A stretch of 64,000 nt of DNA from a virus. The stretch lies in IMG/VR virus record IMGVR_UViG_3300020477_000001, positions 32,001 through 96,000 of that record; one strand, 5' to 3'. Numbering within the stretch: the first letter of the stretch is position 1; every line of letters starts with the position of its first letter. The notes beneath the pieces are model-generated. The model was given only the letters and a program-made list of their open reading frames with translations, was not told where the DNA came from and did no database searches. Position numbers and translations under genes: made by a program. This document shows positions 48,992 to 58,415 of this stretch, one piece after another.

Positions 48992-49843
48992 ATGCTCATT
49001 TCTGTGGAAGAATTCATGACTAATATAAAAAAATACCTAGCTAAATACCAAGGAATTAAGGTCAAGTATGTGCCAAACTCCGGTAACGCTGGGGATTCTT
49101 TTATAGGATTTGCTACCGTGCAGATGTTCAAGGAGTTGAATCTCGATTACAAAATCTGCAAGCATGACGAGGTATTTGAAGGGGATAGTATAATTTACGG
49201 AGGCGGTGGAAGCCTAATACGTAAGTATAGTGGTTCTAGGAATTTTTTGTTAAAAAACCACGAGAAGAATGATATCGTAGTTCTTCCCCATTCTTTCCAT
49301 GATTGCGATGATTTGCTAGCTTCTCTCTCGGAGAGAGTTACCTTGATCGCTAGAGAAAAAATTTCTTATAATTATATAAAGTCCAAGGCTAATTATTTGA
49401 GTAATTGTTTATTGTCGCATGACATGGCTTTCCACATCAAAGATATAAGTAGATACAGGGACAGGAGTTGCGTCGGTGTATGTAACTCGTTTAGGGTTGA
49501 TGACGAGCTTAGAGACAGTAAAGATCGAGTTAAAGTCCCAGAAGGCAACAAGGACATATCAATAGACTTTCAACGACCAATGTTCATGAGGAATTGGGGT
49601 ATTCCTAATGATACAAATACTCAAGTAGAAAAAAATCTGAGCGTTGCAACTGATAATATGTTTTCTTATCTTTCGAAATTTGAGAAAATTAATACTAATC
49701 GTTTGCACGTTGGAATTGCCGCAGCGCTAATAGGTAAGGAGGTTAATTTGTATCGGGGTTCTTATCATAAGATTGTGGGGATATATGAATTTTCTATCGC
49801 AGGTAAGTTTGATAACGTTGTATTTCATAATAGTAATCCATGA
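48992..49843 (+). CDS. Polysaccharide pyruvyltransferase-family protein
   Basis: GNAGDSFI, YGGGGSL, ARE, DMAF, TNRLH..IAA. Confidence 0.8.
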   Translation: MLISVEEFMTNIKKYLAKYQGIKVKYVPNSGNAGDSFIGFATVQMFKELNLDYKICKHDEVFEGDSIIYGGGGSLIRKYSGSRNFLLKNHEKNDIVVLPHSFHDCDDLLASLSERVTLIAREKISYNYIKSKANYLSNCLLSHDMAFHIKDISRYRDRSCVGVCNSFRVDDELRDSKDRVKVPEGNKDISIDFQRPMFMRNWGIPNDTNTQVEKNLSVATDNMFSYLSKFEKINTNRLHVGIAAALIGKEVNLYRGSYHKIVGIYEFSIAGKFDNVVFHNSNP

Positions 49844-50763
49844 AGTATTATCTGTCAGCAGCTTTAACAATAAAAACGAAGTGGTTCGACTCCCTCAAAG
49901 AGTGGTTTCTGTGGAATAAGTTCATAGGTGTAGAGCATTTTTATATTGTTGATGACAATAAAGGTAAGCCTCTGAGAGACTTTTTTAGAAACTTCTCTAG
50001 TGATATTACTTTTATAGAAGATGTCGAGGCTGATAGCAACATCCCCCAAAGAGATTTATTTAAAAAGATATATAACGAGTACAATCATGAATCGCACTGG
50101 TTGGCATTTGTAGACGATGATGAATACATAATGTCTTTGCAGGAGTTAAGCTTTTTAGATTTCTTAAGGTCTGTGGAGAACAGGAACGGTGTAGAATTAG
50201 CTTCTAGGTTTTTCGGGCCTCATGGTTATGAAAAGCACGAAGGGTTAAAGTGTCATGAGAATACATTAACTCTAGACAGGTATTGGCTTTATGAGTCTAA
50301 ACCTATTCTGAAAACCATAGTAAACTCTAGGATCGTTGGGAATTTAAGTGATGGCGGAAGTGTTCATAGATTGCTATCCGAGGGTGCAGTTGACTGTTTC
50401 GGGAATCAAGTAGAGTCCATTAATGAAACTCAAATACATAATAACTGGGGCTTCGATGACAAGGTGGTTAATGACGCAGGGAGGATTCATAATCCTAGAT
50501 TTGTAATCAATCATTATGGTCTTAGGAGTCTGGAAGAAATAGAATACAAGTTGTTTGAAAGAGGCTTTGCGGAAGGGGAGAGAATCTCGGATGGAGGAGT
50601 GACGTATAGGGCTCATAAACTACTCAAGCAACTCTTTTCTACAACTAAGCATAATAATTTAAACCATAGGGGCAATTTTAATAATTTTTATTTTAAATCA
50701 TGTCTACCTAACACTAGGTCTGAGTTTCTTGATTACTATAATAAGAATCGAGGTAAATTCTAA
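49840..50763 (+). CDS. GT92/GT2-like glycosyltransferase
   Basis: EW..W...GVEHFYIVDD, WLAFVDDDEYI, INHY..RS.EE. Confidence 0.75.
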   Translation: MKYYLSAALTIKTKWFDSLKEWFLWNKFIGVEHFYIVDDNKGKPLRDFFRNFSSDITFIEDVEADSNIPQRDLFKKIYNEYNHESHWLAFVDDDEYIMSLQELSFLDFLRSVENRNGVELASRFFGPHGYEKHEGLKCHENTLTLDRYWLYESKPILKTIVNSRIVGNLSDGGSVHRLLSEGAVDCFGNQVESINETQIHNNWGFDDKVVNDAGRIHNPRFVINHYGLRSLEEIEYKLFERGFAEGERISDGGVTYRAHKLLKQLFSTTKHNNLNHRGNFNNFYFKSCLPNTRSEFLDYYNKNRGKF

Positions 50764-51771
50764 CTAAAAATCATCTACTAGCACCCCAGAGCTCTGATAA
50801 TCTTTAACTTTTCTCTCAAAGAAGTTAGTCATAGCTCCGGTATCTACAACTTCAGACAGCCAAGGGAACGGGTTGTTATCGCTGTCGAAGCGATAGTCAA
50901 TCCCGATACCCTCAAGCCGCCTGTTGCCGATATATTGCATATAGTCAACGAACATATCTGCATTTAGTCCAAGGATGCCACGAGGCAGGACATCGTGAGC
51001 GTATTTAATTTCAAGCTCTACGGCTTTTTTAATATGCTCTACTGTTTCTTCCTCGAACTTTTTCGTCCACACCGATGAGTATTGTTCTTTAATTGTGTTA
51101 ATTAAGTATGTGCCGAACTTAATGTGTAGGCTTTCATCCCTTAACGTGTATCTGATTTGATCGGAAAGACCGGGTAATTTGTTTTGACGACCAAGGGCGA
51201 GTAACATCGCGAAGCCGCTAAAGAAAAATGTTCCTTCGCATACAATATAGTAAGTAATTAAGTTCCTTAAGAATTCTTTTTTGCCTTCTGTTGTTTTAGT
51301 TGAGAAATCTTGCCTGTTGACATCAGACGTTATGCTAATTAAAAAGTCGTCTTTAGCTTTTATTGACTCTATGTTGTTGTAAGCTTCGTATACTTCAGAT
51401 ACTTTGAGTCCGTAGCTATCACAGCATGTGACTACGGTCCAGTTATGTAGTGATTCTTCATATGCTTGGCGCATTATGTATTGACCGCACTCCGCGTCAG
51501 TTATCCATTTTGCGACATTAAGTAGTAAATTATTGCCAACCAAGGACTCACTTCCAGCGAAAAAGCCAAGGCATCTTTTAACGAGTAGTTTTTCATCTTT
51601 TGATAGCGTTCCGTCTTTCCATTGTTCGATATCATTGGACATGTTTATTTCTGCTGGGGACCAACTATTGGCTACTCCCTTAAGAAACAAGTCCCAAGCA
51701 AATTGATGTTTATGAGGGAGTATTTGGTTTACTCCAGTCGTGTTCTCCTCTAATAATAATCCACTTTTCAT
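50764..51771 (-). CDS. nrdB: Ribonucleotide reductase beta subunit, class Ic (Mn/Fe) signature
   Basis: FFAGSESLVGNN, EESLHNWTV, EGTFFFSGF, RDESLH, NFFERKVKDYQ. Confidence 0.9.
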   Translation of the reverse strand: MKSGLLLEENTTGVNQILPHKHQFAWDLFLKGVANSWSPAEINMSNDIEQWKDGTLSKDEKLLVKRCLGFFAGSESLVGNNLLLNVAKWITDAECGQYIMRQAYEESLHNWTVVTCCDSYGLKVSEVYEAYNNIESIKAKDDFLISITSDVNRQDFSTKTTEGKKEFLRNLITYYIVCEGTFFFSGFAMLLALGRQNKLPGLSDQIRYTLRDESLHIKFGTYLINTIKEQYSSVWTKKFEEETVEHIKKAVELEIKYAHDVLPRGILGLNADMFVDYMQYIGNRRLEGIGIDYRFDSDNNPFPWLSEVVDTGAMTNFFERKVKDYQSSGVLVDDF

Positions 51772-51808
51772 TCGTGTCGCATCCGTGTTGATTCTGTGTT
51801 TTAGTTCC

Positions 51809-54265
51809 TCATTGGCAGCTTTCGCATGTTGGGTCTAATATGCTACAAGCAGTTTGACCGCTTAGAGCTTCGTGTTTGCTTGCTATTTGATCCGCCATTT
51901 GTGTGTTGGTGGACTTTTCAATTTTGCTTGCCGATTTATTTCTTAGATAATAAGTGCTCTTCAGACCTCTATTCCTCGCATGAATATAGAGATCATTCAA
52001 ATATTTTAAAGATGTTTCTTTATTAAATAAATTTAAAGATTGCCCCATGTCGATCCATTTTTGCTTAGCGGCAGCTAAGTCAACTAATTTAAATTGGTCG
52101 TGATTAAAGGCAGTACAATATCGCTCTTTGAGGTCTTCTGGGATTTCACCATTAAGCATCGATAAGTCCCCGTCAACTGACTTAATGGCTTCAACCATGG
52201 ATTGATTCCATATTCCCCTGTCTTTGCATTCCTTAATGAACCATTCATTTACTATCGTAAGATTTCCGCTTTTATTCTCGTAAACAAAAAGTACTGAAAA
52301 GTCTGGCTCAATGCATGGGGAGCATCCTTGGATGTAAGAAATAGTAGCAGTTGGTGCTATTGCCATTGTGTTGCTGTTTCTCATTCCAGACTCCGAAATA
52401 GAATCCCTAACGACCTTCCAGTCTAGCTCTGGGCAGAATTTTTTACCTCTGTGAATGATTGGTTTTTCACCGAGGTACTCCATGAGGTTTTTGTATGTGT
52501 CAATTGGCAGAACGTTTTGACTCCATAGTGAGCCTTCATAGGTGGGGTACGTTCCTCGTTCTTTGGCTAGCTTGCTTGAATTAAAGATACAGTGGTAAGA
52601 GATAAACTCGTATAATTCATCTGAAAACTTAACTGCCTCGTCTGAGGAGAAGTTTACTTTGTAAGAGTGAAACACATCAGCCCAACCCATGCTGCCAGCG
52701 CCGACTGGTCTGTGCTTTAAGTTGGAGTTTTCTGCTTCCTTGGTTGGGTAAAAGTTTAGATCGATTACGTTGTCAAGCATCCTCATCTGGGTTTTGATAG
52801 TCTTGGCGAGGAGCTTAAAGTCTAGTGTTCCGTTCTCTTTTAGATGTTGTTTTAAGTTTACTGAGCTTAAGTTGCAGACGGCTGTTTCTCCTACTTCAGA
52901 CTTTTCTCCCTCGTTGAATAAGGATGGTTTGGTGTGTAGGAATATTTCAGTGCATAGATTAGAACTATGAACGATGCCTTCGTGGATGTTTGAGTATCGG
53001 AAGTTAGCATTGTCTTTAAAGGTCATCCAAGGGTGACCTGTTTCGAACAGAACTCTTAACATTTTTTTCCAGAGTTCTTTTGCTTTTATTTTTTTAAAAT
53101 TATTTAATTCTCCCTTATCTGCCATCTTGCAGTACTTCTTGTATTTTTTGTCAAACTCCGTACCGTAGCATTCATGTAGGTCTCTCGTGTCGGATGGAGA
53201 GAACAAGTACCAGTCTTCATCTGATTTGATTTTCCTAATGAAAAGGTCTGGTATCCAGTTAGCGGTGTTCATGTCATGACACCTTCTTCTTTCATCTCCC
53301 GTGTTCTTCTTTAGGTCTAGGAAGTCTTCGATATCTAAGTGCCAAGGCTCAAGATAGGCGCACCCAGCACCCGGTCTTTTTCCGCCTTGATCAACCGCTA
53401 TGAGTGTATCGTTATAAATCTTTAGCCAAGGAATTAGGCCAGAAGATTTTCCATTAGTGCCTTTGACATAAGAATTAGAAGCCCTAAAGTTGCTAACATC
53501 GAAACCCAAACCTCCAGCGAACTTACTTTTTCTGGCTTCCTGCCAGAGACCCTCAAAAATACCATCAATGGAATCATCAAAAGTATTAAGATAGCAGCTA
53601 GAAAGCTGGCTATGAGTGCTGCCGCTGTTGAAAAGAGTAGGAGTAGAGCAGCACAAGCGAAAAGTAGAAAGTACATCGTAGAATTCGATAGCTTTTTCAT
53701 TTTTATTATCCTCGTTTATAGCTAGACCCATTGCTACTCTCATCCAGAATGCTTGAGGTGTTTCTACCCTAATCTCGTCAATGCAATGAAGGTATCTGTC
53801 GTAAATTGTTTGTAAGCCTAGGTACTTAAACATTAAGTCTCTGCTTGGATCAATAGCCTCAGAGAGTCGCTTGAGGTCAAAGTCTAGGAGTTCTTCGGAA
53901 ATTATATCTTCTTTTGTGAGTTTTTTTAAATTTGATACAAAACAAACTCTATATTGCTCATTAAAGTTTTCCGCATTTCTGCTCTCTCTAAATACCTCCT
54001 TGTGTATCGTGCCTAACAAAAGCTTTGAAGCGACATAGGCGTAATTTGGTTCTTTTTCTATCTTTTGCCTCGCGCTCATGATGAGGGCAGAGTCTATTTC
54101 CTTTGTTGTAATCTTATCGTAAAGTTGAACGTGGGCATCTAATACTACTTCGCTCGCTGAAACATTCTCTAGGTCTTCACAAGACCTTTCGGCGCATAAG
54201 TTAATTTTGTTAATGTTGAGGGGCTGAAGTCTTCCATTTCTCTTCTTTACGTTGATTGAGCTCAT
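51809..54265 (-). CDS. nrdA: Ribonucleotide reductase alpha subunit with ATP cone
   Basis: VKKRNG, TPTLFN, LSSC, SSNLCTEI, APTATIS, KSTYYLR, C-terminal CESCQ. Confidence 0.95.
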   Translation of the reverse strand: MSSINVKKRNGRLQPLNINKINLCAERSCEDLENVSASEVVLDAHVQLYDKITTKEIDSALIMSARQKIEKEPNYAYVASKLLLGTIHKEVFRESRNAENFNEQYRVCFVSNLKKLTKEDIISEELLDFDLKRLSEAIDPSRDLMFKYLGLQTIYDRYLHCIDEIRVETPQAFWMRVAMGLAINEDNKNEKAIEFYDVLSTFRLCCSTPTLFNSGSTHSQLSSCYLNTFDDSIDGIFEGLWQEARKSKFAGGLGFDVSNFRASNSYVKGTNGKSSGLIPWLKIYNDTLIAVDQGGKRPGAGCAYLEPWHLDIEDFLDLKKNTGDERRRCHDMNTANWIPDLFIRKIKSDEDWYLFSPSDTRDLHECYGTEFDKKYKKYCKMADKGELNNFKKIKAKELWKKMLRVLFETGHPWMTFKDNANFRYSNIHEGIVHSSNLCTEIFLHTKPSLFNEGEKSEVGETAVCNLSSVNLKQHLKENGTLDFKLLAKTIKTQMRMLDNVIDLNFYPTKEAENSNLKHRPVGAGSMGWADVFHSYKVNFSSDEAVKFSDELYEFISYHCIFNSSKLAKERGTYPTYEGSLWSQNVLPIDTYKNLMEYLGEKPIIHRGKKFCPELDWKVVRDSISESGMRNSNTMAIAPTATISYIQGCSPCIEPDFSVLFVYENKSGNLTIVNEWFIKECKDRGIWNQSMVEAIKSVDGDLSMLNGEIPEDLKERYCTAFNHDQFKLVDLAAAKQKWIDMGQSLNLFNKETSLKYLNDLYIHARNRGLKSTYYLRNKSASKIEKSTNTQMADQIASKHEALSGQTACSILDPTCESCQ

Positions 54266-54376
54266 TATACTTTACAGGATAGGTAGATTAGATTACATCT
54301 TTTTTTAATGGAGGAAAAGAAAAAAAACCTTGTTGGGGAATTTTGTTGAAGAGCAACTTAAATATGTGTAATTAAG

Positions 54377-54721
54377 TTAAGTATTTGTATCGTTTTGGTG
54401 CTTCATTCCGTTCCTTTTGGCTGAGTAGTTTTTAAAGTGCTTTTCTTTAACGCTATCTTTACCCTCGCTCTTAGTTCTTGCTTCGCTTGCTTCTCTGGAT
54501 GCGTCCCAAAGGTCACCGAAAGTTCCTTTTTTATTTTCGGTTTTCCTCATGAAGCTTTCAAGTGATCCATCTACTCGTGTGTCTATTGAGCTATTTGGGG
54601 AAGTAAATACTCTGCGCCATTCTACTCCATCTGGGCTAGTGTACGAGTGGTCGTCTTTCATGGATTGAACTATTTCAATTATTTCTCCTGTTTCTGGATT
54701 TTCAAATTCGTAGATAGGCAT
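54377..54721 (-). CDS. FmdB-like zinc-ribbon protein lacking cysteines
   Basis: MPIYEFENPETGE..E..QSM...RRVFTSP versus canonical MPIYEYxCxxCG. Confidence 0.6.
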   Translation of the reverse strand: MPIYEFENPETGEIIEIVQSMKDDHSYTSPDGVEWRRVFTSPNSSIDTRVDGSLESFMRKTENKKGTFGDLWDASREASEARTKSEGKDSVKEKHFKNYSAKRNGMKHQNDTNT

Positions 54722-54722
54722 C

Positions 54723-55802
54723 TTATTTTATCCTAATATATACATCTTCATAATCAAGTAAATCATCCAGCCTGTCTTTGGCTGATTTATAATTAAAGAA
54801 GCAGTATTCTTTCATGTACCAGTAGAGGAATTTGTCGCTGAGCTCCTTGTCGAACCAAGATTCCGTGTCTATGGCTCTATGTAGGTCGCAGATTTTCCTT
54901 AAGTCGTAAGTTATCCAGTGGTATTCTGGCTGACAAAAGGATATAATTGGCTTAGAGTGCATCATCGCTTCAAATCCCGCTCCAGAGTTTCCTACTATTA
55001 CACATTTACTATTGGGTAGAAAGTCATGTATTGATCGAAAGCCAGTGTGAACTTCAATGCTTGGGCTTATTTTTTCAAGTTCGTATTTTATTTTATTATC
55101 TAACTGCTCATCTTCACTACAGAATTCACCTTTTTCTTTGCCATTCATGTATGGGTGAAGTTTTACAATTATTTTGTCTTTAGAGATTTTAGAAAGCTTT
55201 TCGCATATACCTCTTAGTTTGTAATAATAGGTGAATTCAAAATCCTGTTCGGATACCACCGTATCCCCAAAGCACTGGCCTACTATTAAGAAATAATCAG
55301 TATCTCGTATTGAGCCTTTCTTCTCTAAGGTATTTCTGCAAAACTTTGAGTCGTTTTTCGTCACCCACTCGTAAACGTCTTTGTGAAAGAACTTGTATAC
55401 GTCTTCGTAACTCACGTCCTCAAAGTCTGGCCTGTGGTATGTGATTGAAGAGTATGAGCCGTATCCAAGCTCATCCAGAGTCGCTTGATTTAGGTCCGGT
55501 ACTGTGGGTTTTAAAAATAAATTTAAATTAGAATTTATTTTAAAATTAGATACTTCATCTACTGTGGAGTGATTGTATATGCAAACGTCGAACTGAATAC
55601 TCTTTGCTTCTTCTGTTGAGATGCTTCGTATATGTCGCGGAGACAGTGACTCGAATTTATTGCAGTCTATGCTTAGGTCGTTTAGCTTATATATCTCATA
55701 CCCTTTGTCTGCTAAGGATTTGCATAGCCATTCGTACCTACATGCCCAGTCGATTAAGATGACATCAATCTTGTGACTGTGTAAGAGAGCCTTTGGTTTC
55801 AT
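54723..55802 (-). CDS. KpsC/KpsS-like capsule glycosyltransferase
   Basis: GQ..GD, IIVKLHPY, NSGAGFEAMMHSKPII. Confidence 0.65.
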   Translation of the reverse strand: MKPKALLHSHKIDVILIDWACRYEWLCKSLADKGYEIYKLNDLSIDCNKFESLSPRHIRSISTEEAKSIQFDVCIYNHSTVDEVSNFKINSNLNLFLKPTVPDLNQATLDELGYGSYSSITYHRPDFEDVSYEDVYKFFHKDVYEWVTKNDSKFCRNTLEKKGSIRDTDYFLIVGQCFGDTVVSEQDFEFTYYYKLRGICEKLSKISKDKIIVKLHPYMNGKEKGEFCSEDEQLDNKIKYELEKISPSIEVHTGFRSIHDFLPNSKCVIVGNSGAGFEAMMHSKPIISFCQPEYHWITYDLRKICDLHRAIDTESWFDKELSDKFLYWYMKEYCFFNYKSAKDRLDDLLDYEDVYIRIK

Positions 55803-55820
55803 TTCGTCGGCCTCTTTTCA

Positions 55821-56897
55821 TTAAAGGTGAGAAAGTATTTGGTCTAGGGTCTTGGAGTAGGTGAATTCTTCTTTTAACTTTACCCCTTCTTCGTTAATTG
55901 GGTTGCTTTTATACCTCTTAACCGCTTCTTCGCAAGCAGAAATAAATTCGTCTTCGTTGAAATCGAATATATTGCCTTGATTGAAGGGGGAGTCTTTTTT
56001 GAAGAATACGCCGTCTTCTGCTGGTATTTTGCCTGTAGGATTTACTAGTACTGAGTTGCTTTCATTTGCCCACATCTTGTATGAGTGAGCGTTCAGTATG
56101 ACCGCGTGTTTACCTAAGCAGACTGACTGAAACTCTGGTAAGCCCCAGCCTTCACCGCCAGACATGCCAACTACAATGTTTCCGCAGTTTAGGTAGTCAT
56201 TGTACATCGTATTAAGGGGCATAAAGCCGAGCATGTTGACGTTAAAGTATTCTTTTCCGCCTAAGCTCCTCTTGATTAATTCTGAATTTTTCGCTGGATC
56301 AAGGAACGTATTGAATACAGCGCAGTTTAGGTAGTAATTTTTATTGTTACCAAACTTCTTGACCCAAGAACTAATTACTTTTTCGTGGTGCTTGCGTTTC
56401 TCGAACTTGCCTACTAGGTTGAATACTATCTTTTTATCGACGAAGTAATCTCTGTTTGTGTTGTGGAAATTTACATCATCGAACCCAAGTTTGACTACGC
56501 TTGATTCAACTCCAGATTTTGCGAAGGTATTTTTTGAGTAGTCGGATGTGAATAGTAGCCTATGATTATTCTTAGCTATGTTTACTTCTGTCTCCGTAGG
56601 TTTATCTAGCTCATGGAATGTAATTAAGATTTGCTTTTCGCTAAAAGATTCTAGTGAGCCGTTTAGATGCCATAGCTTAATTACCGGAGTGGACCTGTCA
56701 TGTTCTTTTGAGGACTTATTTATACATGATTGAATCCATTCGAAGAATTCTTTGTCTTGCGGTTGGGACGAGAGGTCCACGTTGCCAACAGGAAACAGAC
56801 AAGGATGCATATCCCTTTTGTACATCTCCCTCAAAAGGGATACACAAACTTGCCCGAACGAGACGGAATTAATTGGGAAGTTTAGCGAGAAGTCCAT
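55821..56897 (-). CDS. GT4 glycosyltransferase
   Basis: SVSFGQ, VGKFEKRK, GEGWGLPEFQ; likely start MDFSLNF at 56897. Confidence 0.8.
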   Translation of the reverse strand: MDFSLNFPINSVSFGQVCVSLLREMYKRDMHPCLFPVGNVDLSSQPQDKEFFEWIQSCINKSSKEHDRSTPVIKLWHLNGSLESFSEKQILITFHELDKPTETEVNIAKNNHRLLFTSDYSKNTFAKSGVESSVVKLGFDDVNFHNTNRDYFVDKKIVFNLVGKFEKRKHHEKVISSWVKKFGNNKNYYLNCAVFNTFLDPAKNSELIKRSLGGKEYFNVNMLGFMPLNTMYNDYLNCGNIVVGMSGGEGWGLPEFQSVCLGKHAVILNAHSYKMWANESNSVLVNPTGKIPAEDGVFFKKDSPFNQGNIFDFNEDEFISACEEAVKRYKSNPINEEGVKLKEEFTYSKTLDQILSHL

Positions 56898-56904
56898 AGG
56901 TGAC

Positions 56905-57198
56905 CTATAGTAGTTCCTCGCATTCCTCCGTCTCCTCAACAGATTCTTTCACTACTTGAACCTTCTGTTGTTGGTTGTTGTTTCTCTGGGTGGATTCGTA
57001 GATTCTAAGAAAGGGTTGGTTACTGCCTTCAGTGTGGTACTTATTGTTGAAGACGGTAAGTTTTACCTCACCTGCTTCAACCCACTTTTTTGCCAGTTCC
57101 TTAGTTACCTTGATGTTTCCACCATAGTACTCTTCCTTGCTGTCGTTTCTCATTTCTCTTTTCCAGAGAGCCCCTAGTTCATTTTCTTTATTTGCCAT
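56905..57198 (-). CDS. Small DUF736-like protein
   Basis: ELGALW...YYGG.I...NQP.LRIY. Confidence 0.4.
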   Translation of the reverse strand: MANKENELGALWKREMRNDSKEEYYGGNIKVTKELAKKWVEAGEVKLTVFNNKYHTEGSNQPFLRIYESTQRNNNQQQKVQVVKESVEETEECEELL

Positions 57199-57206
57199 AG
57201 CTACGA

Positions 57207-57235
57207 ACTTTATTGCGTTTTTTAATTGTTGTCAA
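57207..57235 (-). promoter_or_regulatory. Sigma70-type promoter TTGACA-17-TAAAGT, near-leaderless
   Basis: Perfect -35, TTAAAAAA spacer, ATG 8 nt after the -10. Confidence 0.65.
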
Positions 57236-57824
57236 TTTCTTTCTTGTACTGCTGTAAGAAATTTTTAATATGATTTTCTAGGGACTCGTTAAGCCCTTCA
57301 CTGACAGTTTTCCATTGAACTTTGTAGTCAGAGTTCATAAACAGGTGAGGGTCGTTCCTTAACTCTTCTTCGTTTGCGCCTTTTAAAAATATTTTAAAAT
57401 TATCTTCATTAAGGTCATACCTACCTATGTAAACTAGCTTTCCTTTGAGTTCGTGCTTGAGCCAAGAAAGCTCGTCATGTTCATAATCGCAGTACCTTAT
57501 GTCGGTTATTACTGCAATTGTTTTAGGTGAATCAAATTCTTTTATTTCTTTTTCTATTCTAGAAATCCAGTATCTGCCTTCTGTCTCTTCCCTTTTCCTT
57601 TTCGCATGAGCCACGAGGGTGTTTCTGATTTTATTTTTATCTTCAATCGAGCAATTAGTTGGATCGATTCCGTATTTACTAACACAGTAATCCTTGCATT
57701 CTTCCTTTAGTTTATCAGCCAAACTAAACCTCTTGACTTCAAAACTTGTACTTGCAAGTCTCTTTAAAATGCTAAAAAAAGTATCTTTTCCTGCTCCAGC
57801 AACACCAGTAATTCCAAGTATCAT
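57222..57824 (-). CDS. Deoxynucleoside monophosphate kinase
   Basis: GVAGAGKDT, LADKLK, ITDIRY. Confidence 0.8.
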   Translation of the reverse strand: MILGITGVAGAGKDTFFSILKRLASTSFEVKRFSLADKLKEECKDYCVSKYGIDPTNCSIEDKNKIRNTLVAHAKRKREETEGRYWISRIEKEIKEFDSPKTIAVITDIRYCDYEHDELSWLKHELKGKLVYIGRYDLNEDNFKIFLKGANEEELRNDPHLFMNSDYKVQWKTVSEGLNESLENHIKNFLQQYKKEIDNN

Positions 57825-58045
57825 TTAACTTCCCATTTGTATTTCATTAATTTTTCAAGTATCTTGTCCCTCTTTACCCTAGCGCTTTCTACATCATCAA
57901 CCCTTAAGCTTTTTCTAATTCTCTCGGAAGTCCCGTCGTCGTACTGGACCATAAAGTGAATCCACCAATACCTCCCGTTCCTCCAGATATGGTGGTTAAG
58001 GTTGGACTCATCTACCTTTACTGAACCTTTGAATCTTCTACTCAT
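57821..58045 (-). CDS. Small Arm/AP2-like nucleic-acid-binding protein
   Basis: NHHIWRNGRYWWIHF...RIRKSL....ESARVKRD: three strands plus helix like integrase arm-binding domains. Confidence 0.55.
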   Translation of the reverse strand: MSRRFKGSVKVDESNLNHHIWRNGRYWWIHFMVQYDDGTSERIRKSLRVDDVESARVKRDKILEKLMKYKWEVK

Positions 58046-58064
58046 TATTGTATCATTAACTGCT

Positions 58065-58142
58065 TTGCATATCCTAACTTTCTTTAGGATAAATTAGATA
58101 CAAAACCCCCCGCGAAGGGGGGCTTGCATATCCAACTTTCTT
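58065..58142. repeat. Imperfect direct repeat TTGCATATCC(T)AACTTTCTT flanking the terminator hairpin
   Basis: Copies at 58065-58084 and 58124-58142. Confidence 0.8.
58101..58125 (-). terminator. Probable intrinsic terminator
   Basis: GCCCCCC-UUCGC-GGGGGGU followed by UUUGU. Confidence 0.65.
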
Positions 58143-58410
58143 CTAGGGCTTTTTTTGTTAAGGTGTAAGCATCACCGATACGCATCGATAATATCGAAGT
58201 CATCTCCCATACAGGGTGAGAAACTGTGCTTAAAAACTCATTACAATGACTAACCACAACACGCCGGGGTATTGCGATGGGAATTACCCATCAGTTTTTT
58301 GTTAAAGCCGCCTTTCGAATGAAGCTGATGGCGCAGCTACCGCGATGGTCATTCTTAGGAAACCCTACCGTTTACTCTCGGCGGGCTAAAGGAGGTTCTG
58401 ACCCCTTGAT
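58101..58410 (-). ncRNA. Candidate ~310-nt structured RNA / regulatory leader
   Basis: Own promoter (58416-58444) and terminator; G-U-containing stems; duplicated UUAACAAAAAA linker. Confidence 0.55.
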
Positions 58411-58415
58411 GGCCG

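Noticed and set aside
23160-54265. Inteins or introns in dnaE, dnaB, recA, nrdA
   Set aside because: Lengths are normal and no splicing or homing-endonuclease motifs are seen
58145-58180. preQ1-I riboswitch (UUAACAAAA tail and a 12-nt loop-like segment)
   Set aside because: The required 5-bp P1 cannot form in that register and no queuosine genes are adjacent
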